This document shows positions 48,252 through 56,632 of a stretch of DNA of 64,000 bases, in pieces. Numbering within the stretch: the first letter of the stretch is position 1; each line of letters begins with the position of its first letter. Both the position numbers and the translations under genes were made by a program. This DNA is from Minisyncoccota bacterium (GTDB taxonomy: Bacteria; Patescibacteriota; Minisyncoccia; Phycocordibacterales; GWA1-40-21), in NCBI GenBank assembly GCA_041659365.1, contig JBAZYH010000002.1:16065-80064 (forward strand). Reading direction: 5' to 3'. The notes beneath the pieces were generated by a model. It saw only the letters and a list, made by a program, of their open reading frames with translations, was not told the DNA's origin and made no database searches.

Positions 48252-49094
48252 ATGAGTATCACCAAAGAGAAAGGTCAGAAAACGCTGGTTAACAGCGAAG
48301 AGGCCGCCTCAAAGGTTGCTCTGTCTGAAACAATTCAGCACCCCATGACAATATGGCCCCCAGCTTTTGGGATAGCTGCAGGTATTGGACTTACCGTTTT
48401 AGGAATGGTGTCTATGCCTGTGGCGATTACTATTGGTTCGGTCTGTGTCCTGGGTGGAGCGACGAATTGGGCTGTCAGATTTTTTGGTGGAAAGGATGCG
48501 TATATTCAAAAATACTACGCGAAACTTCACGAACAATTTGAGAGACTCAAAGAAGAAAAAGTCGTATCACTGGAAAAAGATCTCAAGAGTTTGAAATGTA
48601 GCCAAGGACGTGAGCAAGTCTCAGAGTTTGAGGCGAAGTTTGGAAATCTCGTTGATGTCTTAAAAATGGTTTTGTCCGAAGGCGAGCTAGCTTTTGGGCG
48701 TTACCTCGGTGCTGCAGAAACTGTTTACACGAGTGGAATAGAAACTCTCGTCCGAGTCGTCACAATCCTCACTAGTATCGAAGAGATCGATCGTGTGGAT
48801 TTGGAAGAAAGGATTACTGGACTTAAGTCCATCAAAGAAAAAAGTGGGTCTGAAACCCGCCACATGAATACTTTGCTTGAAAGAGCGAAGCTTTATGATG
48901 ATGGAATGAAAGAGGTTGAAGAACTTCTCGTTTCTAACGAGGAAGCTTTAACTACTCTCGATAAAACAGCCGGTGCTATTGGAAGGATAAAAGTTTGTGG
49001 TACATCAGATGATCTGAGTATGGCTATGGCTGATTTGTTAAGTCTAATAGGTAGGATCACACAGCGTGCCAATGTTGGCACGCTTGAATTGTAA
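48252..49094 (+). CDS. membrane-anchored coiled-coil protein (XpaC-like partner of TelA)
   Basis: Two N-terminal TM helices followed by a helical domain, directly 5' of the TelA-like gene. Family call rests on context. Confidence 0.55.
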   Translation: MSITKEKGQKTLVNSEEAASKVALSETIQHPMTIWPPAFGIAAGIGLTVLGMVSMPVAITIGSVCVLGGATNWAVRFFGGKDAYIQKYYAKLHEQFERLKEEKVVSLEKDLKSLKCSQGREQVSEFEAKFGNLVDVLKMVLSEGELAFGRYLGAAETVYTSGIETLVRVVTILTSIEEIDRVDLEERITGLKSIKEKSGSETRHMNTLLERAKLYDDGMKEVEELLVSNEEALTTLDKTAGAIGRIKVCGTSDDLSMAMADLLSLIGRITQRANVGTLEL

Positions 49095-49130
49095 ACAAAA
49101 AAACTCATTCTCAAGAAAGGGAAAAAGAGT

Positions 49131-50345
49131 ATGTCTCAACAGGTACAAGAACAAGTGAAACCGCTTCAGGTTCCTCAAGACGATCAGATCAGAAGTGATC
49201 TTGGTTTCGGTGAGGAGGTTCAGCAGACGTTGTCTGTTGATCCGGTAGTTTCGAAAACTGCCGATGATTGGTTGGAGAAAATCCTGTCCCGCGATTTGTC
49301 GAGCCCTGCGATGCAGGAGGAGATTCGTGGTGCAGTGGAAGGTGCGGGTGAAAAAGTCCAGCAGACAATGGCTCGTAAGAGTGGTTTGCTGAAGGGACAG
49401 ATTCGCACGCTCGCTTCCCAGGCTGAGGGTAATCCGGTGGCGAAGTCGCTGATTGACCTCAAGGTTCAGGTTGATAAAATCAACCCGAATAATTTCAAGT
49501 TACTCGCGCCCGGAGGTTTTGGGCGTGCATTTACTTGGATTCCCGGAGTTGGTACCACGATGAACAAGTACTTCACTCAGTGGCAAAGTGCGGGTAGCGT
49601 GATTGATTCGATCGTCATGCAGATCCGTGAAGGCTCGGGTGGGTTACAGCGTGATATCGGAATTCTTCGGAACGATCAGGTCGACATGCGCACGGAGATT
49701 CTCCGTCTGCAAAAGGTCATTCAGATCCTGATGTTGGTCAATGAAAAACTGACGATCAAAGTCGATGCGATGGAGATCGGGAGTGATCAACGGCGGTTCC
49801 TGGAGGAAGAAATTCTTTTCAGTTTGCGCCAGAGGATCGGTGACCTCCAGGAAAGCCTGGCGGTCAACCAGCAGGGTGTCATGGCCTACGAGTTTGTTAT
49901 TCGGACGAACCGTGAGCTCATTCGTGGCGCCAAGCGCTGTGAGAACATTACCGTTCGTGCACTTGAAGTTGCTACTGTCTTGGCTATGGCCTTGGCAAAT
50001 CAACGGATGGTGTTGCGTTCGATTCAGGCCGTCGACGAGACTACCTCGCAACTCATGTTGCAGAATGCAGCTCAGCTCAAGACTCAAGGGACGCAGATTT
50101 TTAAACAGTCTGCTAGTCAGTCGATCAGCATGGATACCTTGAAGAAGGTTTATGCCGACCTCGATTCGGCCTTCGAAGAGATGGCTACATTCAAGCAGAA
50201 AGCTTTGCCCGAAATGGCACAGCGTATGGCTGCGATGAGTGAGATGGCGAAAGGGGCTGAGAAGAAAATCAAGCGCATGGAAGATGGCAATACCGCAAGG
50301 CCGAGTATCGAGTTTGATCTCGAGCCGACCGATGCAGCTGCCTAA
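49131..50345 (+). CDS. toxic anion resistance protein (TelA/KlaA family)
   Basis: Long coiled coil with KYF....SA...ID.I, QQG......I..N.ELIRG, A.ALANQ..VL..I..V..TT. Confidence 0.8.
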   Translation: MSQQVQEQVKPLQVPQDDQIRSDLGFGEEVQQTLSVDPVVSKTADDWLEKILSRDLSSPAMQEEIRGAVEGAGEKVQQTMARKSGLLKGQIRTLASQAEGNPVAKSLIDLKVQVDKINPNNFKLLAPGGFGRAFTWIPGVGTTMNKYFTQWQSAGSVIDSIVMQIREGSGGLQRDIGILRNDQVDMRTEILRLQKVIQILMLVNEKLTIKVDAMEIGSDQRRFLEEEILFSLRQRIGDLQESLAVNQQGVMAYEFVIRTNRELIRGAKRCENITVRALEVATVLAMALANQRMVLRSIQAVDETTSQLMLQNAAQLKTQGTQIFKQSASQSISMDTLKKVYADLDSAFEEMATFKQKALPEMAQRMAAMSEMAKGAEKKIKRMEDGNTARPSIEFDLEPTDAAA

Positions 50346-50434
50346 TCCGGCGTTCAAGATTCATGAACTCCCCAGGGGCACAGTGCCCTTGGGGAGATTA
50401 TCACCAAAAAGAAACAAGAAAGAGAGAGCGTTCA

Positions 50435-51499
50435 ATGAAGAAGATCGTGTTTATGTTTTTGGCCGCGTTGGCCATTTGTTTGCCGATGCAGTCGTTTGGC
50501 GCCGAGAAATCGGTGTTGGACAAAGTCTATCGTTACGTCTGGTCTCACTACGTTTTGTGGGAGCCCTGGCAGTATATCGCGGACTCCGGCATCATGAAGA
50601 AGTGGGCCGACAAGTACGGCGTGAAAGTCGAGATCGTTTTGATCAATGACTACGTCCAGTCCATCAACCAGTACACCGCAGGCGAGGTGGTTGGTTGTGC
50701 AATGACGGAAATGGACGCACTTAACATGCCCGCAGCAGGCGGCGTCAAGTCGGACATTCTGGTTGTTGGCGATTATTCAAACGGCAATGACGGCATCGTG
50801 CTGATGAATGGCAAAAGCCTGAAGGATTTAATCGGACGAAACAGTTTGATTGTCCAAGGCTCGGTGTCATCTTACTTACAATCCAGAGGGGTCAAACTCA
50901 TTGGACATAAGGACAGCGAAGTCGTCGAAGTCAACACTTCGGATGCTAACATCGGTGCTGCGTTTGCAAGCTCTGGTTCAAAAGGAGCCTGCGTGACGTG
51001 GAATCCGATCTTGATGCAGGTGCGAAATCTACCGAACGCCACGATGGTGTTCGATTCCTCCAAGATACCTGGTGAAATCCAGGATCTCATGGTTGTACGT
51101 AGCGACGCACCGGATAATGTCAAGAAGGCACTCGTCGGTGCGTGGTATGAAGCAATGACGATCATGTTTGGTCAGGGTAAGCAAACGGATGAGGCAATCG
51201 AAATCATGGCAAAGTCTGCCGGTGGTACTGTTGCGGAGTTCAAGGCACAGCTCAGGACCACATATGTTTACAACAAACCGGCGGATGGAGTTAAGTTCGT
51301 CGAAGATCCGGAAGTCAAGCGGATCATCAAAGAGGTGGCGGAGTTCAGTTTTGATCACGGACTCATGGGACAAAATGTTAGGGCGGCAACCGATGTCGGG
51401 GTTCAGTTCCCGGATGGTACTGTCTATGGCAATCCCAAGAACGTCAAACTCCTTTACCGGAGTGATTACATGAAGCAGGCAGCGGCCGGCGGACTCTGA
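50435..51499 (+). CDS. ABC substrate-binding protein (urea carboxylase-associated/NitT-TauT type)
   Basis: WS.Y..W.PW.Y....GI..KWADKYG, INDY..SINQYTAG, MDAL..PAAGGV, SNGNDG, FDSS.IPGEI.DL. Confidence 0.85.
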   Translation: MKKIVFMFLAALAICLPMQSFGAEKSVLDKVYRYVWSHYVLWEPWQYIADSGIMKKWADKYGVKVEIVLINDYVQSINQYTAGEVVGCAMTEMDALNMPAAGGVKSDILVVGDYSNGNDGIVLMNGKSLKDLIGRNSLIVQGSVSSYLQSRGVKLIGHKDSEVVEVNTSDANIGAAFASSGSKGACVTWNPILMQVRNLPNATMVFDSSKIPGEIQDLMVVRSDAPDNVKKALVGAWYEAMTIMFGQGKQTDEAIEIMAKSAGGTVAEFKAQLRTTYVYNKPADGVKFVEDPEVKRIIKEVAEFSFDHGLMGQNVRAATDVGVQFPDGTVYGNPKNVKLLYRSDYMKQAAAGGL

Positions 51500-51756
51500 G
51501 AAGAGTCTCGCTGACTGATGCAAAACAACAAACCTCTTCGGAGTCCTTAGGGATTCTGGAGAGGTTTTTTCATGTTCAAAATATGTTAAAAACACATAAA
51601 TACATGAATATATTTTGTAATACTTTTAAGACTCTTTACATATTGACATTTCTATTATTTCATGTATACTTGATAATAGGAAATTGTTAAGGGCAGGGTC
51701 TTCGATCCTGTTTTTTGAAAACTTTGTAACAAACAAAAAAAGAGAAGGAATTCAGA

Positions 51757-52602
51757 ATGAAGAAAATCAATTGCAGGATACCCATTTTTTGGGGTATCCA
51801 TGCGAGTCCTGGAGAGTTTTGGGGGAGGATCTTTGGTCTTATCCCGATCGTACTCTTGCTTGTGACGTATTTTCACTTTTCTCATGATCGTCACGAGACT
51901 AACCCCGACGACAAACTTATGCCGTCGATTAGTCAGATGTATCATGAGGTGGTGAATTATGTCACTGTGCCGGATAAACGTTCTGGCAAGGTTCTGTTTA
52001 TTGAGGACACAAAGGCAAGTCTGACAAGGCTTGGTCTCGGTGTTTCCATTTCGGCGGTGTTTGGTTATGTGCTCGGAATTCTTATGGGGTTATACCCTGG
52101 ATTTCGGTCACTATTTAACACCATTATCACAACACTCTCAAACATTAACCCACTTATGATGCTTGTAATCATCCTCGTGGCACTTGGAATAGGAGAACTA
52201 TCAAAAATCTTTCTCATTGTCTTTGGGATCGGGATACCGCTTACTCGAAGTATTGAGGAGGCAGTTGAAAAGATTCCACAAGAACTGATTGTCAAACAAG
52301 AAACACTCGGGGCATCACAGCTCGGTATAATCTACCGGTTGATAATGCCTCAGATGCTTCCGCGTTTGATTGATCTTGTTCGGATGTCTTTGGGTGCAGC
52401 GTGGATCTTCGTGATTGCTGCAGAAGCGATTGCTTCAACTTCGGGTTTAGGATATCGAGTGTTTCTCCAGCAGAGATACATGAATATGTCCCTGATCATA
52501 CCGATTGTTATCTTCATAACCATAGTTGCTTTTAGTAGCGACTGGATATTAAAGGCAGTACTGAAGTTGCGTCGGTTCAAATGGTATTCGCCTGGTAACT
52601 AA
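51757..52602 (+). CDS. ABC transporter permease (NitT/TauT family)
   Basis: LGIGELSKI, TLGAS loop, AAW.F.IAAEAIAS..GLGYR. Confidence 0.9.
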   Translation: MKKINCRIPIFWGIHASPGEFWGRIFGLIPIVLLLVTYFHFSHDRHETNPDDKLMPSISQMYHEVVNYVTVPDKRSGKVLFIEDTKASLTRLGLGVSISAVFGYVLGILMGLYPGFRSLFNTIITTLSNINPLMMLVIILVALGIGELSKIFLIVFGIGIPLTRSIEEAVEKIPQELIVKQETLGASQLGIIYRLIMPQMLPRLIDLVRMSLGAAWIFVIAAEAIASTSGLGYRVFLQQRYMNMSLIIPIVIFITIVAFSSDWILKAVLKLRRFKWYSPGN

Positions 52603-52610
52603 GGAGTTTA

Positions 52611-53549
52611 ATGATGAATGGAAAACTAGAACCTAATGGGAAGGCTATCTGTATCGATAGTGCTTATCATGGCTACGGACCAAAGGTTGTTCTTGGAAAT
52701 GTCGATCTGCAGGTTAAGAGCGGAGAGTTTCTCTGCCTTGTTGGACCTTCAGGTTGCGGAAAGTCGACCTTGCTTCGTCTGATTACCGGACAAGAACGGA
52801 TTCAGAAAGCCAGACGTTTTGACGTCTTGGGACAGAAAGTTGGATTGCCGGATTATCGTCGGGGTGTGGTATTTCAGAATTATAGTTTGGTACCACACCT
52901 TACTGTGCTCGAGAATGTTTTGCTTGGTCTCAAATATCAGGCAAGCTTCCGTAATCTCATTTCTCCGAAGTGGAGGAGTGAGGCGAAGAAGAAAGTCCTC
53001 GAGTATCTTGAGAAAGTACGTTTGTCTGATGCGGCGGACCGGTATCCGAATGAGTTGTCTGGTGGAATGCGTCAGAGGGTATCGATTGCCCAAACGCTGA
53101 TCACTATCGACCTTTTTGGAATGCCGAAGATTCTCTGTATGGATGAGCCGTACGGTGCACTTGACCCGGCGACACGGGAAGAGATGCAGATTTTCATTCT
53201 GGAGCTATGGGAGAAGTATGGTATTACGGTGGTGTTTGTGACTCATGATATCGAGGAGGCAGTCTTTCTCGGTACACGAGTTATTATTTTGTCACAGTAC
53301 TGGAGGTCAGACTTGCCTTTGGAAAAGCAGGCAGGATCACGTATTGTTCATGACATACCTTTGCCGAGGCATGCTCTGTCCACTAAGGTTAAACTTACGA
53401 CAGAGTTTGCGATGACGGTCGCCGAAATAAGGGAAACTGGGTTCAGTGGTACCAAACGTCGGCACGTCAACGAGTTCAATCTCAATCATCCCGATTCGTT
53501 TCAAACTCTTGAAATGGGTGAGAATATGGAGGTTAAGAAAATCGCCTAA
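52611..53549 (+). CDS. ABC transporter ATP-binding protein (NitT/TauT family)
   Basis: GPSGCGKST, LSGGMRQR, MDEPYGALD, FVTHD. Confidence 0.93.
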   Translation: MMNGKLEPNGKAICIDSAYHGYGPKVVLGNVDLQVKSGEFLCLVGPSGCGKSTLLRLITGQERIQKARRFDVLGQKVGLPDYRRGVVFQNYSLVPHLTVLENVLLGLKYQASFRNLISPKWRSEAKKKVLEYLEKVRLSDAADRYPNELSGGMRQRVSIAQTLITIDLFGMPKILCMDEPYGALDPATREEMQIFILELWEKYGITVVFVTHDIEEAVFLGTRVIILSQYWRSDLPLEKQAGSRIVHDIPLPRHALSTKVKLTTEFAMTVAEIRETGFSGTKRRHVNEFNLNHPDSFQTLEMGENMEVKKIA

Positions 53550-53661
53550 TTCCTTCGGATGGAACTGTTTGTTGCGAGTACGTCCCCCACTTTAGCGAAA
53601 GCTAAGGTGGGGGATTTTTAATATTTATAAAATTATCAATTGGTGCTATATTAGACACATT

Positions 53662-55626
53662 ATGGATATGTTAAAAAATAAACAAAATTTAAATAAAAAA
53701 CCTACAAACGGTAATAAGAAAATACCTGGTTTTGGTGGTGGGCCGATGTCTGTGTTTAGTAAGATATTGAATGCAATTTTAATTATTTTAATAATTTCTA
53801 CTTTGTGGTCAATGATTTTTACAGGTGGTGAGAAAAAAGAACAGATTTCTCTTTCGCAGCTTTCTCAAGATATAACTCTCGGTATTGTAGATAAAGTAGA
53901 GGTAATGGGGGACGATCTTTCCATTACTTATTTTTCTACAAGCACAGAAGCGAGCACAACTCCGCTTATAAAGGAATCAAAGAAAGAGGAGGGGGTTGCT
54001 CTTACTCAAACTTTATCAAATTATCAGGTTCCTCAAGATAAGCTTGCGAAAGTAAATATAGAAATTTTGAGTGATACAGGTTTTAAATATTGGTTTATGA
54101 GCCTTGCACCATTTCTTATACCACTTATTTTTATAGGTATATTTATTTGGATACTCACAAAACAAATGAAAGGTGCTGGGGTTCAAGCTCTTTCTTTCGG
54201 TCAATCAAAAGCTAGAATTATTTTACCAAGTGATAAGAAACAAAGAGTAACTTTTGCAGATGTTGCAGGAGCTAAAGAAGCAAAAGAAGAACTTTCTGAA
54301 GTTGTAGATTTTTTGAAAAATCCTAAAAAATTCTTAGACATAGGAGCGAAGATTCCAAAAGGGCTTCTTCTTATGGGTGCTCCTGGTACAGGAAAAACAT
54401 TACTCGCAAGAGCTGTTGCCGGAGAAGCAGGTGTTGCATTCTTTTCAATCTCTGGTTCAGAGTTTGTTGAGATGTTTGTGGGAGTAGGAGCTTCTCGTGT
54501 CCGTGACCTTTTCCAAATGGCAAAGAGAGCTGCTCCGGCTATTATATTTATAGATGAAATAGATGCAGTGGGCAGAGTAAGAGGTTCAGGAATGGGTGGG
54601 GGAAACGATGAGAGAGAACAAACCTTAAACCAGATACTTGTAGAGATGGATGGTTTCGAACAGAATGAAAAAGTTATAGTTATGGCAGCTACAAACAGAC
54701 CTGATGTTCTAGACTCTGCATTACTTAGACCAGGAAGATTTGATAGAAGAGTTGTTATAGATTTACCAGATAGAAATGATAGAGAGGCAATTTTAAAAGT
54801 TCATTCAAAATCTAAACCTTTTGCTGAGGATGTAAATTTGAGAACTATTGCAGAGAGAACCCCAGGTTTCTCTGGTGCTGACCTTTATTCACTTATGAAT
54901 GAGGCAGCTATACTTGCAGCTCGTGAGACAAGACAAAAAGTTTCTCAGTTTGATCTTATTCGTTCAATAGAAAAAGTTATGATGGGTCCTGAGAGAAAAA
55001 GTCATTTACTTTCTGTAAAAGAAAAAGAGATTACAGCTTATCACGAAGCAGGCCATGCGCTTGTGTCTTCTATACTTCCGTATGCAGATCCAGTACATAA
55101 GATTTCTATTATTTCTCGTGGAAGAGCTGCGGGTTATACTTTACATTTGCCCTTTGAGGATAGAAAAATGCAATCGAAGAAAGAGTTCTTAGATGATATA
55201 GCTATGGCTCTTGGAGGATATGTTGTTGAGAAAATGATTTTTAAAGATCTTACTACTGGTCCTTCAAATGATCTTCAGGTTTCAACTGCACTTGCAAGAG
55301 ATATGGTTACAAAATATGGAATGTCAGAAAAGATGGGACCTGTTGCTCTTGAAGGAGAGGGTGGAAGAGCTTTGTTTGGAAAAGGAGTTGGGGACAAAGA
55401 ATATTCAGATAAAATAAATGCACAGATTGATGAAGAAGTTTCAGAAATTATGAATAGTAATATGAGACGCGCAGAGAAAATAATTACTGAACATAAAGGC
55501 GCACTTGATGCGATAGCAAAGAGACTTATAGAAACAGAAACTATTGAAAGGGAAGAGTTTGAAAAGATACTTGTAGCGAATGGAATAATGCCAAAGAAGA
55601 AGGAGGATATAGAGCACCAGGGATAA
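53662..55626 (+). CDS. ftsH: ATP-dependent zinc metalloprotease FtsH
   Basis: Two TM helices, [28 protein letters not shown]. Confidence 0.98.
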   Translation: MDMLKNKQNLNKKPTNGNKKIPGFGGGPMSVFSKILNAILIILIISTLWSMIFTGGEKKEQISLSQLSQDITLGIVDKVEVMGDDLSITYFSTSTEASTTPLIKESKKEEGVALTQTLSNYQVPQDKLAKVNIEILSDTGFKYWFMSLAPFLIPLIFIGIFIWILTKQMKGAGVQALSFGQSKARIILPSDKKQRVTFADVAGAKEAKEELSEVVDFLKNPKKFLDIGAKIPKGLLLMGAPGTGKTLLARAVAGEAGVAFFSISGSEFVEMFVGVGASRVRDLFQMAKRAAPAIIFIDEIDAVGRVRGSGMGGGNDEREQTLNQILVEMDGFEQNEKVIVMAATNRPDVLDSALLRPGRFDRRVVIDLPDRNDREAILKVHSKSKPFAEDVNLRTIAERTPGFSGADLYSLMNEAAILAARETRQKVSQFDLIRSIEKVMMGPERKSHLLSVKEKEITAYHEAGHALVSSILPYADPVHKISIISRGRAAGYTLHLPFEDRKMQSKKEFLDDIAMALGGYVVEKMIFKDLTTGPSNDLQVSTALARDMVTKYGMSEKMGPVALEGEGGRALFGKGVGDKEYSDKINAQIDEEVSEIMNSNMRRAEKIITEHKGALDAIAKRLIETETIEREEFEKILVANGIMPKKKEDIEHQG

Positions 55627-55818
55627 TAAAATAAAAGAAATTAATTAAAAAACGAGGTGAGACCTTAAATCTTCAAAAAGGTGTCTCCTCGTTTTTTAGT
55701 AGTTATCAAATTTTTTCTTCCTTGGGTCCCACCCCAAGCTCTAAAAAATAAAATTTCAAACTTTGGGGCCCATCCCAAAGTTTGAAATACGACGACAGGA
55801 CCATGAGTACATTTCTCG

Positions 55819-55978
55819 AAGCTTACAGCTTCAGTACCCCGATTGGAGATTTTGTTTCGTTAATACTCACAAAATCTGCTCAATCGGGCTTCGAGTCCTA
55901 CACGAAAGTGCTACCCAGCACTTTCTCACGCGCACCATAATAAAAAATCCCGAGGACTGTCCTCGGGATTTTTTATTA
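55819..55978. repeat. tRNA-Ile 3'-end mirror element plus spacer hairpin
   Basis: TTCGAGTCCTAC[55902-55926]CACGCGCACCA inverted relative to the gene; TTACA hairpin at 55819-55831; palindrome at 55938-55978. Confidence 0.9.
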
Positions 55979-56054
55979 TGGTGCGCGTGGTAGGACTCGA
56001 ACCTACGGCCAGTCGTGTATAAGACGACCGCTCTACCAACTGAGCTACACGCGC
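55979..56054 (-). tRNA. tRNA-Ile (UAU)
   Basis: GCGCGTG/CACGCGC-A-CCA; anticodon arm GTCGT-CTTATAC-ACGAC; T arm GTAGG-TTCGAGT-CCTAC. Confidence 0.93.
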
Positions 56055-56203
56055 ATACTTTCTAGATATTATCGTAAAAAATGTTTTTTAGCAATATTTT
56101 GTATGTAATTGTCATTCCTGCTTTCGCAGGAATGGCACAGTATATCCTTGCAAAAATTTCAGGGGGGGGTAAAATTAAGGTATTAATAATTTAATTATAA
56201 AAT

Positions 56204-56539
56204 ATGTTAGAAAAAATTCTTGGTTTGGGTGGTGAAAAGGAGGTAACGGATTTTACAAAAATCGGAGACAATCCAGCTGTTGTGGAGAAAGTAGAGCAAG
56301 GAGAACCAACAATTGAGTCAGAAATAGACAAAACAGAGGATGATAAATTTTTTTATAAACAAGGTAGAGAGGTGGTTGAGAACTTAATAAAATTTCGTAT
56401 TAGAAAAATAATGAAAAAAGGCAAATTTGCTGATGCTGAAGCATACGCTAGATCGATTGGAGTAGAATTTTCTACAGATCTTTCTGGTAATATAGAAAAA
56501 ATTGAAATTCCGGAATCAGTTTTTGAGACAATGTTATAA
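56204..56539 (+). CDS. hypothetical acidic protein
   Basis: 111-aa ORF with host-like composition. Confidence 0.6.
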   Translation: MLEKILGLGGEKEVTDFTKIGDNPAVVEKVEQGEPTIESEIDKTEDDKFFYKQGREVVENLIKFRIRKIMKKGKFADAEAYARSIGVEFSTDLSGNIEKIEIPESVFETML

Positions 56540-56632
56540 AAAATTAACTTTGATTTTGGAAGGTCAGACCTAGGAGTAAAAGTAGTTTGTTAATCAACCG
56601 CTATTTAGTGGTTGATTTTGTATTATTTTTTA

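Noticed and set aside
42215-53100. Many overlapping and antisense ORFs in the island (e.g. 42760-43359, 47376-48029, 49644-50357, 51029-51595)
   Set aside because: Shadow frames of well-supported genes in GC-richer DNA; no motifs.
50435-53549. Calling the transporter a proven urea or guanidine importer
   Set aside because: Family resemblance only; no urea carboxylase and no riboswitch that I could recognise in the window.
36040-53620. Prophage or ICE at ssrA
   Set aside because: No integrase, terminase, capsid, relaxase or conjugation genes recognisable.
55890-55937. Mirror copies as intron-containing or split tRNA genes
   Set aside because: No D arm, anticodon arm or 5' acceptor strand upstream of them; the insert is a plain hairpin without bulge-helix-bulge or group I/II features.
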